The notes beneath the pieces are model-generated. The model was given only the letters and a program-made list of their open reading frames with translations. It was not told the DNA's origin and made no database searches. The position numbers were made by a program, and so were the translations under genes. 64,000 bases of DNA from Eledone cirrhosa. Lineage: Eukaryota. Shown here piece by piece: positions 1-12,100 of this stretch; within the stretch, counting starts at the first letter, position 1; each line of letters starts with the position of its first letter. Location of the stretch: NCBI GenBank assembly GCA_964016885.1, contig OZ024741.1:247504001-247568000 (forward strand), written 5' to 3'.

Positions 1-7
1 AGGATGG

Positions 8-32
8 AAATTATCTCCCCTTGGACGGCTGG
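8..32 (+). repeat. Type A monomer consensus AAATTATCTCCCCTTGGACGGCTGG (25 bp), representative copy
   Basis: Read directly. Occurs in short tandem runs, e.g. 592-716 and 2013-2261. Recurrent variants include ...GGCTAG, ...GGCTGA, GGAAGGATGG, GGCTGGCGGG and a 21-bp deletion form TTGGCTGG. Confidence 0.97.
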
Positions 33-141
33 AAATTATCTACCCCTGATTTTTTTTACAAATTATCTCCCCCTGATTTATTTTACAAATTATCTCCCCC
101 TGATTTTTTTTTTAAAAATTATCTCCCCCTGATTTTTTTAC

Positions 142-168
142 AAATTATCTCCCCCTGATTTTTTTTAC
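142..168 (+). repeat. Type B monomer consensus AAATTATCTCCCCCTGATTTTTTTTAC (27 bp; T-run 7-10), representative copy
   Basis: Read directly. Occurs in tandem runs, e.g. ~717-985. Recurrent variants include CTACCCC, CCCTCT, CCGCC and TTTTTGTTT. Confidence 0.97.
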
Positions 169-3100
169 AAATTATCTCCGCCTGATTTTTTTAAATATTA
201 TCTTACCTTGGCTGGCGGGAAATTATCTCCCCTTGGACGGCTGAAAATTATCTCCCCTTGGACGGCTGGAAATTATCTCCCCTTGATTTTTTTTACAAAT
301 TATCTCCCCCTGATTTTTTTTTACAAATTATCTCCGCCTGATTTTTAAAAAAAAATTATCTCCCCTTCGCTGGCTGGAAATTATCTCCCCTTGGACGCTG
401 GAAATTATAGCCCCTTGGAGGGCTGGAAATTATCTTCCCTTGGACGGCTGGAAATTATCTCCCCTTGATTTTTTTTACAAATTATCTCCCCCTGATTTTT
501 TTTTACAAATTATCTCCCCCTGATTTTTTTTTACAAATTATCTCCCCCTGATTTTTTTTTTACAAATTATCTCCGCCTGATTTTTTTAAAAAAATTATCT
601 CCCCTTGGACGGCTGGAAATTATCTCCCTTTGGACGGCTGGAAATTATCTCCCCTTGGACGGCTAGAAATTATCTCTCCTTGGACGGCTGAAAATTATCT
701 CCCCTTGGACGGCTGCAAATTATCTCCCCTTGATTTTTTTTACAAATTATCTCCCCCTGATTTTTTTTACAAATTATCTCCCCCTGATTTTTTTTACAAA
801 TTATCTACCCCTGATTTTTTTTACAAATTATCTCCCCCTGATTTTTTTTTACAAATTATCTCCCTCTGATTTTTTTTTACAAATTATCTCCCCCTGATTT
901 TTTTTTTACAAATTATCTCCCCCTGATTTTTTTACAAATTATCTCCCCCTGATTTTTTTTACAATCTCCGCCTGATTTTTTTAAAAATTATCTTCCCTTG
1001 GCTGGCGGGAAATTATCTCCCCTTGGACGGCTGGAAATTATCTCCCCTTGGAAGGATGGAAATTATCTCCCCTTGGACGGCTGGAAATTATCTCCCTTTG
1101 ATTTTTTTTACAAATTATCTCCCTCTGATTTTTTTTACAAATCTCCCCCTGATTTTTTAAAAAAAATTATCTCCCCTTCGCTGGCTGGAAATTATCTCCC
1201 CTTGGACACTGGAAATTATAGCCCCTTGGAGGGCTGGAAATTATCTTCTCTTGGACGGCTGGAAATTATCTCCCCTTGATTTTTTTTACAAATTATCTCC
1301 GCCTGATTTTTTTTTTAAATTATCTCTCCTTGGACGGCTGGAAATTATCTCCCCTTGATTTTTTAAAAAATTATCTCCCCTTGGAAGGCTGGAAATTATC
1401 TCCCCTTGGCTGGAAATTATCTCCCCTTGGACGGCTAGAAATTATCTCTCTTTGGACGGCTGGAAATTATCACCCCTTGAGTTTTTTTACAAATTATCTC
1501 CCCCTGATTTTTTTTACAAATCTCCCAGTGATTTTTTAAAAAAAATTATCTCCCCTTCGCTGGCTGGAAATTATCTCCCCTTGGACGCTGGAAATTATAG
1601 CCCCTTGGAGGGCTGGAAATTATCTTCCCTTGGACGGCTGGAAATTATCTCCCCTTGATTTTTTTTACAAATTATCTCCCCCTGATTTTTTTTACAAATT
1701 ATCTCCCCCTGATTTTTTTTACAACTTATCTGCGCCTGATTTTTTTTAAAAAATTATCTCCCCTTGGACGGCTGGAAATTATCTCCCCTTGGACGGCTGG
1801 AAATTATCTCTCCTTGGACGGCTAGAATTTACCTCTCCTTGGACGGCTGAAAATTATCTCCCCTTGGACGGCTGGAAATTACCTCCCCTTGATTTTTTTT
1901 ACAAATTATCTCCCCCTGATTTTTTTTTACAAATTATCTCCCCCTGATTTTTTTTTACAAATTATCTCCCCCTGATTTTTTTTTACAAATTATCTCCCCC
2001 TGATTTTTTTTACAAATTATCTCCCCTTGGCTGGCTGGAAATTATCTCCCCTTGGAGGCTGGAACTTATCTCCCCTTGGACGGCTGGAACTTATCTCCCC
2101 TTGGACGGCTAGAAATTACCTCTCCTTGGACGGCTGGAAAATATGTCTCCTTGGACGGCTGGAAATTATCTCCCCTTGGACGGCTGGAAATTATCTCCCT
2201 TGGACGGCTGGAAATTATCTCCCCTTGGATGGCTAGATATTACCTCCCCTTGGACGGCTGGAAATTATCTCCCCTTGATTTTTTTTAGAAATTATCTCCC
2301 CCTGATTTTTTTTTACAAATTATCTCCCCCTGATTTTTTATTACAAATTATCTCCCCCTGATTTTTGTTTACAAATTATCTCCGCCTGATTTTTTTTTAA
2401 AAATTATCTCCCCTTGGACGGCTGGAAATTATCTCCCCTTGGACGGCTAGAAATTACCTCTCCTTGGACGGCTGAAAATTATCTCCACTTGGACGGCTGG
2501 AAATTATCTCCCCTTGATTTTTTTACAAATTATCTCCCCCTGATTTTTTTTTACAAATTATCTACCCCTGATTTTTTTTTACAAATTATCTACCCCTGAT
2601 TTTTTTTTACAAATTATCTCCCCCTGATTTTTTTTACAAATTATCTCCCTCTGATTTTTTTTTTACAAATTATCTCCCCCTGATTTTTTTACAAATTATC
2701 TCCCCCTGATTTTTTTTACAAATTATCTCCGCCTGATTTTTTTAAATATTATCTCTCCTTGGCTGGCGGGAAATTATCTCCCCTTGGACGGCTGGAAATT
2801 ATCTCCCCTTGGAAGGATGGAAATTATCTCCCCTTGGACGGCTGGAAATTATCTCCCCTTGGACGGCTGGAAATTACCTCCCCTTGATTTTTTTACAAAT
2901 TATCTCCCCCTGATTTTTTTTTACAAATTATCTCCCCCTGATTTTTGTTTACAAATTATCTCCCCTTGGACGGCTGGAAATTATCTCCCTTTGGACGGCT
3001 AGAAATTACCTCTCCTTGGACGGCTGAAAATTATCTCCCCTTGGACGGCTGGAAATTATCTCCCCTTGATTTTTTTACAAATTATCTCCCCCTGATTTTT

Positions 3101-6100
3101 TTTTTACAAATTATCTCACCCTGATTTTTTTTACAAATTATCTACCCCTGATTTTTTTTTACAAATTATCTCCCCCTGATTTTTTTTACAAATTATCTCC
3201 CCCTGATTTTTTTTTTACAAATTATCTCCCCCTGATTTTTTTACAAATTATCTCCCCCTGATTTTTTTTACAAATTATCTCCGCCTGATTTTTTTAAATA
3301 TTATCTCTCCTTGGCTGGCGGGAAATTATCTCCCCTTGGACGGCTGGAAATTATCTCCCCTTGGAAGGATGGAAATTATCTCCCCTTGGACGGCTGGAAA
3401 TTATCTACCCCTGATTTTTTTTACAAATTATCTCCCCCTGATTTATTTTACAAATTATCTCCCCCTGATTTTTTTTTAAAAAATTATCTCCCCCTGATTT
3501 TTTTACAAATTATCTCCCCCTGATTTTTTTTACAAATTATCTCCGCCTGATTTTTTTAAATATTATCTTACCTTGGCTGGCGGGAAATTATCTACCCTTG
3601 GACGGCTGAAAATTATCTCCCCTTGGACGGCTGGAAATTATCTCCCCCTGATTTTTTTTACAAATTATCTCCCCCTGATTTTTTTTTTACAAATTATCTC
3701 CGCCTGATTTTTTTTTAAAAATTATCTCCCCTTGGACGGCTGGAAATTATCTCCCCTTGGACGGCTGGAAATTATCTCCCCTTGGACGGCTAGAAATTAT
3801 CTCTCCTTGGACGGCTGAAAATTATCTCCCCTTGGACGGCTGCAAATTATCTCCCCTTGATTTTTTTTACAAATTATCTCCCCCTGATTTTTTTTACAAA
3901 TTATCTCCCCCTGATTTTTTTTACAAATTATCTACCCCTGATTTTTTTTACAAATTATCTCCCCCTGATTTTTTTTTACAAATTATCTCCCCCTGATTTT
4001 TTTTTTACAAATTATCTCCCCCTGATTTTTTTACAAATTATCTCCCCCTGATTTTTTTTACAATCTCCGCCTGATTTTTTTAAAAATTATCTTCCCTTGG
4101 CTGGCGGGAAATTATCTCCCCTTGGACGGCTGGAAATTATCTCCCCTTGGAAGGATGGAAATTATCTCCCCTTGGACGGCTGGAAATTATCTCCCCTTGC
4201 ACGGCTGGAAATTATCTCCCCTTGGCTGGAAATTATCTCCCCTTGGACGGCTAGAAATTATCTCTCTTTGGACGGCTGGAAATTATCTCCCTTTGATTTT
4301 TTTTTACAAATTATCTCCCTCTGATTTTTTTTACAAATCTCCCCCTGATTTTTTAAAAAAAATTATCTCCCCTTCGCTGGCTGGAAATTATCTCCCCTTG
4401 GACACTGGAAATTATAGCCCCTTGGAGGGCTGGAAATTGTCTTCTCTTGGACGGCTGGAAATTATCTCCCCTTGATTTTTTTTACAAATTATCTCCGCCT
4501 GATTTATTTTTTAAATTATCTCTCCTTGGACGGCTGGAAATTACCTCCCCTTGATTTTTTTTACAAATTATCTCCCCCTGATTTTTTTTACAAATTATCT
4601 CCCCCTGATTTTTTTTTACAACTTATCTGCGCCTGATTTTTTTTAAAAAATTATCTCCCCTTGGACGGCTGGAAATTATCTCCCCTTGGACGGCTGGAAA
4701 TTATCTCTCCTTGGACGGCTAGAATTTACCTCTCCTTGGACGGCTGAAAATTATCTCCCCTTGGACGGCTGGAAATTACCTCCCCTTGATTTTTTTTACA
4801 AATTATCTCCCCCTGATTTTTTTTTACAAATTATCTCCCCCTGATTTTTGTTTACAAATTATCTCCCCTTGGACGGCTGGAAATTATCTCCCCTTGGACC
4901 GCTAGAAATTACCTCTCCTTCGACGGCTGAAAATTATCTCCCCTTGGACGGCTGGAAATTATCTCCCCTTGATTTTTTTACAAATTATCTCCCCCTGATT
5001 TTTTTTTTACAAATTATCTCACCCTGATTTTTTTTACAAATTATCTACCCCTGATTTTTTTTCACAAATTATCTCCCCCTGATTTTTTTTACAAATTATC
5101 TCCCCCTGATTTTTTTTTTACAAATTATCTCCCCCTGATTTTTTTTACAAATTATCTCCGCCTGATTTTTTTAAATATTATCTCTCCTTGGCTGGCGGGA
5201 AATTATCTTCCCTTGGACGGCTGGAAATTATCTCCCCTTGGAAGGATGGAAATTATCTCCCCTTGGACGGCTGGAAATTATCTACCCCTGATTTTTTTTA
5301 CAAATTATCTCCCCCTGATTTATTTTACAAATTATCTCCCCCTGATTTTTTTTTTTAAAATTATCTCCCCCTGATTTTTTTACAAATTATCTCCCCCTGA
5401 TTTTTTTTACAAATTATCTCCGCCTGATTTTTTTAAATATTATCTTACCTTGGCTGGCGGGAAATTATCTCCCCTTGGACGGCTGAAAATTATCTCCCCT
5501 TGGACGGCTGGAAATTATCTCCCCTTGATTTTTTTTACAAATTATCTCCCCCTGATTTTTTTTTACAAATTATCTCCGCCTGATTTTTAAAAAAAAATTA
5601 TCTCCCCTTCGCTGGCTGGAAATTATCTCCCCTTGGACGCTGGAAATTATAGCCCCTTGGAGGGCTGGAAATTATCTTCCCTTGGACGGCTGGAAATTAT
5701 CTCCCCTTGATTTTTTTTACAAATTATCTCCCCCTGATTTTTTTTTACAAATTATCTCCCCCTGATTTTTTTTTACAAATTATCTCCCCCTGATTTTTTT
5801 TTTACAAATTATCTCCGCCTGATTTTTTTAAAAAAATTATCTCCCCTTGGACGGCTGGAAATTATCTCCCTTTGGACGGCTGGAAATTATCTCCCCTTGG
5901 ACGGCTAGAAATTATCTCTCCTTGGACGGCTGAAAATTATCTCCCCTTGGACGGCTGCAAATTATCTCCCCTTGATTTTTTTTACAAATTATCTCCCCCT
6001 GATTTTTTTTACAAATTATCTCCCCCTGATTTTTTTTACAAATTATCTACCCCTGATTTTTTTTACAAATTATCTCCCCCTGATTTTTTTTTACAAATTA

Positions 6101-9100
6101 TCTCCCTCTGATTTTTTTTTACAAATTATCTCCCCCTGATTTTTTTTTTACAAATTATCTCCCCCTGATTTTTTTACAAATTATCTCCCCCTGATTTTTT
6201 TTACAATCTCCGCCTGATTTTTTTAAAAATTATCTTCCCTTGGCTGGCGGGAAATTATCTCCCCTTGGACGGCTGGAAATTATCTCCCCTTGGAAGGATG
6301 GAAATTATCTCCCCTTGGACGGCTGGAAATTATCTCCCTTTGATTTTTTTTACAAATTATCTCCGTCTGATTTTTTTTACAAATCTCCCCCTGATTTTTT
6401 TAAAAAAATTATCTCCCCTTCGCTGGCTGGAAATTATCTCCCCTTGGACACTGGAAATTATAGCCCCTTGGAGGGCTGGAAATTATCTTCTCTTGGACGG
6501 CTGGAAATTATCTCCCCTTGATTTTTTTTACAAATTATCTCCGTCTGATTTTTTTTTTAAATTATCTCTCCTTGGACGGCTGGAAATTATCTCCCCTTGA
6601 TTTTTTAAAAAATTATCTCCCCTTGGAAGGCTGGAAATTATCTCCCCTTGGCTGGAAATTATCTCCCCTTGGACGGCTAGAAATTATCTCTCTTTGGACG
6701 GCTGGAAATTATCACCCCTTGAGTTTTTTTACAAATTATCTCCCCCTGATTTTTTTTACAAATCTCCCAGTGATTTTTTAAAAAAATTATCTCCCCTTCG
6801 CTGGCTGGAAATTATCTCCCCTTGGACGCTGGAAATTATAGCCCCTTGGAGGGCTGGAAATTATCTTCCCTTGGACGGCTGGAAATTATCTCCCCTTGAT
6901 TTTTTTTACAAATTATCTCCCCCTGATTTTTTTTACAAATTATCTCCCCCTGATTTTTTTTTACAACTTATCTGCGCCTGATTTTTTTTAAAAAATTATC
7001 TCCCCTTGGACGGCTGGAAATTATCTCCCCTTGGACGGCTGGAAATTATCTCTCCTTGGACGGCTAGAATTTACCTCTCCTTGGACGGCTGAAAATTATC
7101 TCCCCTTGGACGGCTGGAAATTACCTCCCCTTGATTTTTTTTACAAATTATCTCCCCCTGATTTTTTTTTACAAATTATCTCCCCCTGATTTTTTTTTAC
7201 AAATTATCTCCCCCTGATTTTTTTTTACAAATTATCTCCCCCTGATTTTTTTTACAAATTATCTCCCCTTGGCTGGCTGGAAATTATCTCCCCTTGGAGG
7301 CTGGAACTTATCTCCCCTTGGACGGCTGGAACTTATCTCCCCTTGGACGGCTAGAAATTACCTCTCCTTGGACGGCTGGAAAATATGTCTCCTTGGACGG
7401 CTGGAAATTATCTCCCCTTGGACGGCTGGAAATTATCTCCCTTGGACGGCTGGAAATTATCTCCCCTTGGATGGCTAGATATTACCTCCCCTTGGACGGC
7501 TGGAAATTATCTCCCCTTGATTTTTTTTAGAAATTATCTCCCCCTGATTTTTTTTTACAAATTATCTCCCCCTGATTTTTTATTACAAATTATCTCCCCC
7601 TGATTTTTGTTTACAAATTATCTCCGCCTGATTTTTTTTTTAAAATTATCTCCCCTTGGACGGCTGGAAATTATCTCCCCTTGGACGGCTAGAAATTACC
7701 TCTCCTTGGACGGCTGAAAATTATTTCCACTTGGACGGCTGGAAATTATCTCCCCTTGATTTTTTTACAAATTATCTCCCCCTGATTTTTTTTTACAAAT
7801 TATCTACCCCTGATTTTTTTTTACAAATTATCTACCCCTGATTTTTTTTTACAAATTATCTCCCTCTGATTTTTTTTACAAATTATCTCCCTCTGATTTT
7901 TTTTTTACAAATTATCTCCCCCTGATTTTTTTACAAATTATCTCCCCCTGATTTTTTTTACAAATTATCTCCGCCTGATTTTTTTAAATATTATCTCTCC
8001 TTGGCTGGCGGGAAATTATCTCCCCTTGGACGGCTGGAAATTATCTCCCCTTGGAAGGATGGAAATTATCTCCCCTTGGACGGCTGGAAATTATCTACCC
8101 CTGATTTTTTTTACAAATTATCTCCCCCTGATTTTTTTTACAAATTATCTCCCCCTGATTTTTTTTTACAAATTATCTACCCCTGATTTTTTTTACAAAT
8201 TATCTCCCCCTGATTTTTTTTACAAATTATCTCCCCCTGATTTTTTTTTTACAAATTATCTCCCCCTGATTTTTTTACAAATTATCTCCCCCTGATTTTT
8301 TTTACAAATTATCTCCCCTTGGAGGCTGGAATTTATCTCCCCTTGGACGGCTAGAAATTACCTCTCCTTGGACGGCTGGAAAATATGTCTCCTTGGACGG
8401 CTGGATATTATCTCCCCTTGGACGGCTGAAAATTATCTCCCCTTGGACGGCTGGAAATTATCTCCCCTTGATTTTTTTTACAAATTATCTCCCCCTGATT
8501 TTTTTTTACAAATTATCTCCTCCTGATTTTTTTACAAATTATCTCCCCCTGATTTTTTTTTACAAATTATCTGCCGCTGATTTTTTTTACAAATTATCTC
8601 CCCTTGGAGGCTGGAATTTATCTCCCCTTGGACGGCTAGAAATTACCTCTCCTTGGACGGCTGGAAAATATGTCTCCTTGGACAGCTGGATATTATCTCC
8701 CCTTGGACGGCTGGAAATTATCTCCCCATGGACGGCTGGAAATTATCTCCCCTTGGACGGCTGGAAATTATCTACCCCTGATTTTTTTTACAAATTATCT
8801 CCCCCTGATTTATTTTACAAATTATCTCCCCCTGATTTTTTTTTAAAAAATTATCTCCCCCTGATTTTTTTACAAATTATCTCCCCCTGATTTTTTTTAC
8901 AAATTATCTCCGCCTGATTTTTTTAAATATTATCTTACCTTGGCTGGCGGGAAATTATCTACCCTTGGACGGCTGAAAATTATCTCCCCTTGGACGGCTG
9001 GAAATTATCTCCCCCTGATTTTTTTTACAAATTATCTCCCCCTGATTTTTTTTTTACAAATTATCTCCGCCTGATTTTTTTTAAAAAATTATCTCCCCTT

Positions 9101-12100
9101 GGACGGCTGGAAATTATCTCCCCTTGGACGGCTGGAAATTATCTCCCCTTGGACGGCTAGAAATTATCTCTCCTTGGACGGCTGAAAATTATCTCCCCTT
9201 GGACGGCTGCAAATTATCTCCCCTTGATTTTTTTTACAAATTATCTCCCCCTGATTTTTTTTACAAATTATCTCCCCCTGATTTTTTTTACAAATTATCT
9301 ACCCCTGATTTTTTTTACAAATTATCTTCCCCTGATTTTTTTTACAAATTATCTCCCTCTGATTTTTTTTTACAAATTATCTCCCCCTGATTTTTTTTTT
9401 ACAAATTATCTCCCCCTGATTTTTTTACAAATTATCTCCCCCTGATTTTTTTTACAATCTCCGCCTGATTTTTTTAAAAATTATCTTCCCTTGGCTGGCG
9501 GGAAATTATCTCCCCTTGGACGGCTGGAAATTATCTCCCCTTGGAAGGATGGAAATTATCTCCCCTTGGACGGCTGGAAATTATCTCCCCTTGCACGGCT
9601 GGAAATTATCTCCCCTTGGCTGGAAATTATCTCCCCTTGGACGGCTAGAAATTATCTCTCTTTGGACGGCTGGAAATTATCTCCCTTTGATTTTTTTTAC
9701 AAATTATCTCCCTCTGATTTTTTTTACAAATCTCCCCCTGATTTTTTAAAAAAAATTATCTCCCCTTCGCTGGCTGGAAATTATCTCCCCTTGGACACTG
9801 GAAATTATAGCCCCTTGGAGGGCTGGAAATTGTCTTCTCTTGGACGGCTGGAAATTATCTCCCCTTGATTTTTTTTACAAATTATCTCCGCCTGATTTAT
9901 TTTTTAAATTATCTCTCCTTGGACGGCTGGAAATTACCTCCCCTTGATTTTTTTTACAAATTATCTCCCCCTGATTTTTTTTACAAATTATCTCCCCCTG
10001 ATTTTTTTTTACAACTTATCTGCGCCTGATTTTTTTTAAAAAATTATCTCCCCTTGGACGGCTGGAAATTATCTCCCCTTGGACGGCTGGAAATTATCTC
10101 TCCTTGGACGGCTAGAATTTACCTCTCCTTGGACGGCTGAAAATTATCTCCCCTTGGACGGCTGGAAATTACCTCCCCTTGATTTTTTTTACAAATTATC
10201 TCCCCCTGATTTTTTTTTACAAATTATCTCCCCCTGATTTTTGTTTACAAATTATCTCCCCTTGGACGGCTGGAAATTATCTCCCCTTGGACCGCTAGAA
10301 ATTACCTCTCCTTCGACGGCTGAAAATTATCTCCCCTTGGACGGCTGGAAATTATCTCCCCTTGATTTTTTTACAAATTATCTCCCCCTGATTTTTTTTT
10401 TACAAATTATCTCACCCTGATTTTTTTTACAAATTATCTACCCCTGATTTTTTTTCACAAATTATCTCCCCCTGATTTTTTTTACAAATTATCTCCCCCT
10501 GATTTTTTTTTTACAAATTATCTCCCCCTGATTTTTTTTACAAATTATCTCCGCCTGATTTTTTTAAATATTATCTCTCCTTGGCTGGCGGGAAATTATC
10601 TTCCCTTGGACGGCTGGAAATTATCTCCCCTTGGAAGGATGGAAATTATCTCCCCTTGGACGGCTGGAAATTATCTACCCCTGATTTTTTTTACAAATTA
10701 TCTCCCCCTGATTTATTTTACAAATTATCTCCCCCTGATTTTTTTTTTTAAAATTATCTCCCCCTGATTTTTTTACAAATTATCTCCCCCTGATTTTTTT
10801 TACAAATTATCTCCGCCTGATTTTTTTAAATATTATCTTACCTTGGCTGGCGGGAAATTATCTCCCCTTGGACGGCTGAAAATTATCTCCCCTTGGACGG
10901 CTGGAAATTATCTCCCCTTGATTTTTTTTACAAATTATCTCCCCCTGATTTTTTTTTACAAATTATCTCCGCCTGATTTTTAAAAAAAAATTATCTCCCC
11001 TTCGCTGGCTGGAAATTATCTCCCCTTGGACGCTGGAAATTATAGCCCCTTGGAGGGCTGGAAATTATCTTCCCTTGGACGGCTGGAAATTATCTCCCCT
11101 TGATTTTTTTTACAAATTATCTCCCCCTGATTTTTTTTTACAAATTATCTCCCCCTGATTTTTTTTTACAAATTATCTCCCCCTGATTTTTTTTTTACAA
11201 ATTATCTCCGCCTGATTTTTTTAAAAAAATTATCTCCCCTTGGACGGCTGGAAATTATCTCCCTTTGGACGGCTGGAAATTATCTCCCCTTGGACGGCTA
11301 GAAATTATCTCTCCTTGGACGGCTGAAAATTATCTCCCCTTGGACGGCTGCAAATTATCTCCCCTTGATTTTTTTTACAAATTATCTCCCCCTGATTTTT
11401 TTTACAAATTATCTCCCCCTGATTTTTTTTACAAATTATCTACCCCTGATTTTTTTTACAAATTATCTCCCCCTGATTTTTTTTTACAAATTATCTCCCT
11501 CTGATTTTTTTTTACAAATTATCTCCCCCTGATTTTTTTTTTACAAATTATCTCCCCCTGATTTTTTTACAAATTATCTCCCCCTGATTTTTTTTACAAT
11601 CTCCGCCTGATTTTTTTAAAAATTATCTTCCCTTGGCTGGCGGGAAATTATCTCCCCTTGGACGGCTGGAAATTATCTCCCCTTGGAAGGATGGAAATTA
11701 TCTCCCCTTGGACGGCTGGAAATTATCTCCCTTTGATTTTTTTTACAAATTATCTCCCTCTGATTTTTTTTACAAATCTCCCCCTGATTTTTTTAAAAAA
11801 ATTATCTCCCCTTCGCTGGCTGGAAATTATCTCCCCTTGGACACTGGAAATTATAGCCCCTTGGAGGGCTGGAAATTATCTTCTCTTGGACGGCTGGAAA
11901 TTATCTCCCCTTGATTTTTTTTACAAATTATCTCCGTCTGATTTTTTTTTTAAATTATCTCTCCTTGGACGGCTGGAAATTATCTCCCCTTGATTTTTTA
12001 AAAAATTATCTCCCCTTGGAAGGCTGGAAATTATCTCCCCTTGGCTGGAAATTATCTCCCCTTGGACGGCTAGAAATTATCTCTCTTTGGACGGCTGGAA

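Noticed and set aside
717-990. Poly-T tracts as Rho-independent terminators or Pol III terminators
   Set aside because: There is no stable GC hairpin before the T-runs and no upstream gene or A/B box. They are simply part of monomer B.
8393-8890. Phase-variable or frameshift-programmed repeat protein gene controlled by poly-T tracts
   Set aside because: There is no unique N- or C-terminal coding region, promoter or signal peptide, and frame-disrupting lengths are pervasive and copied between HORs.
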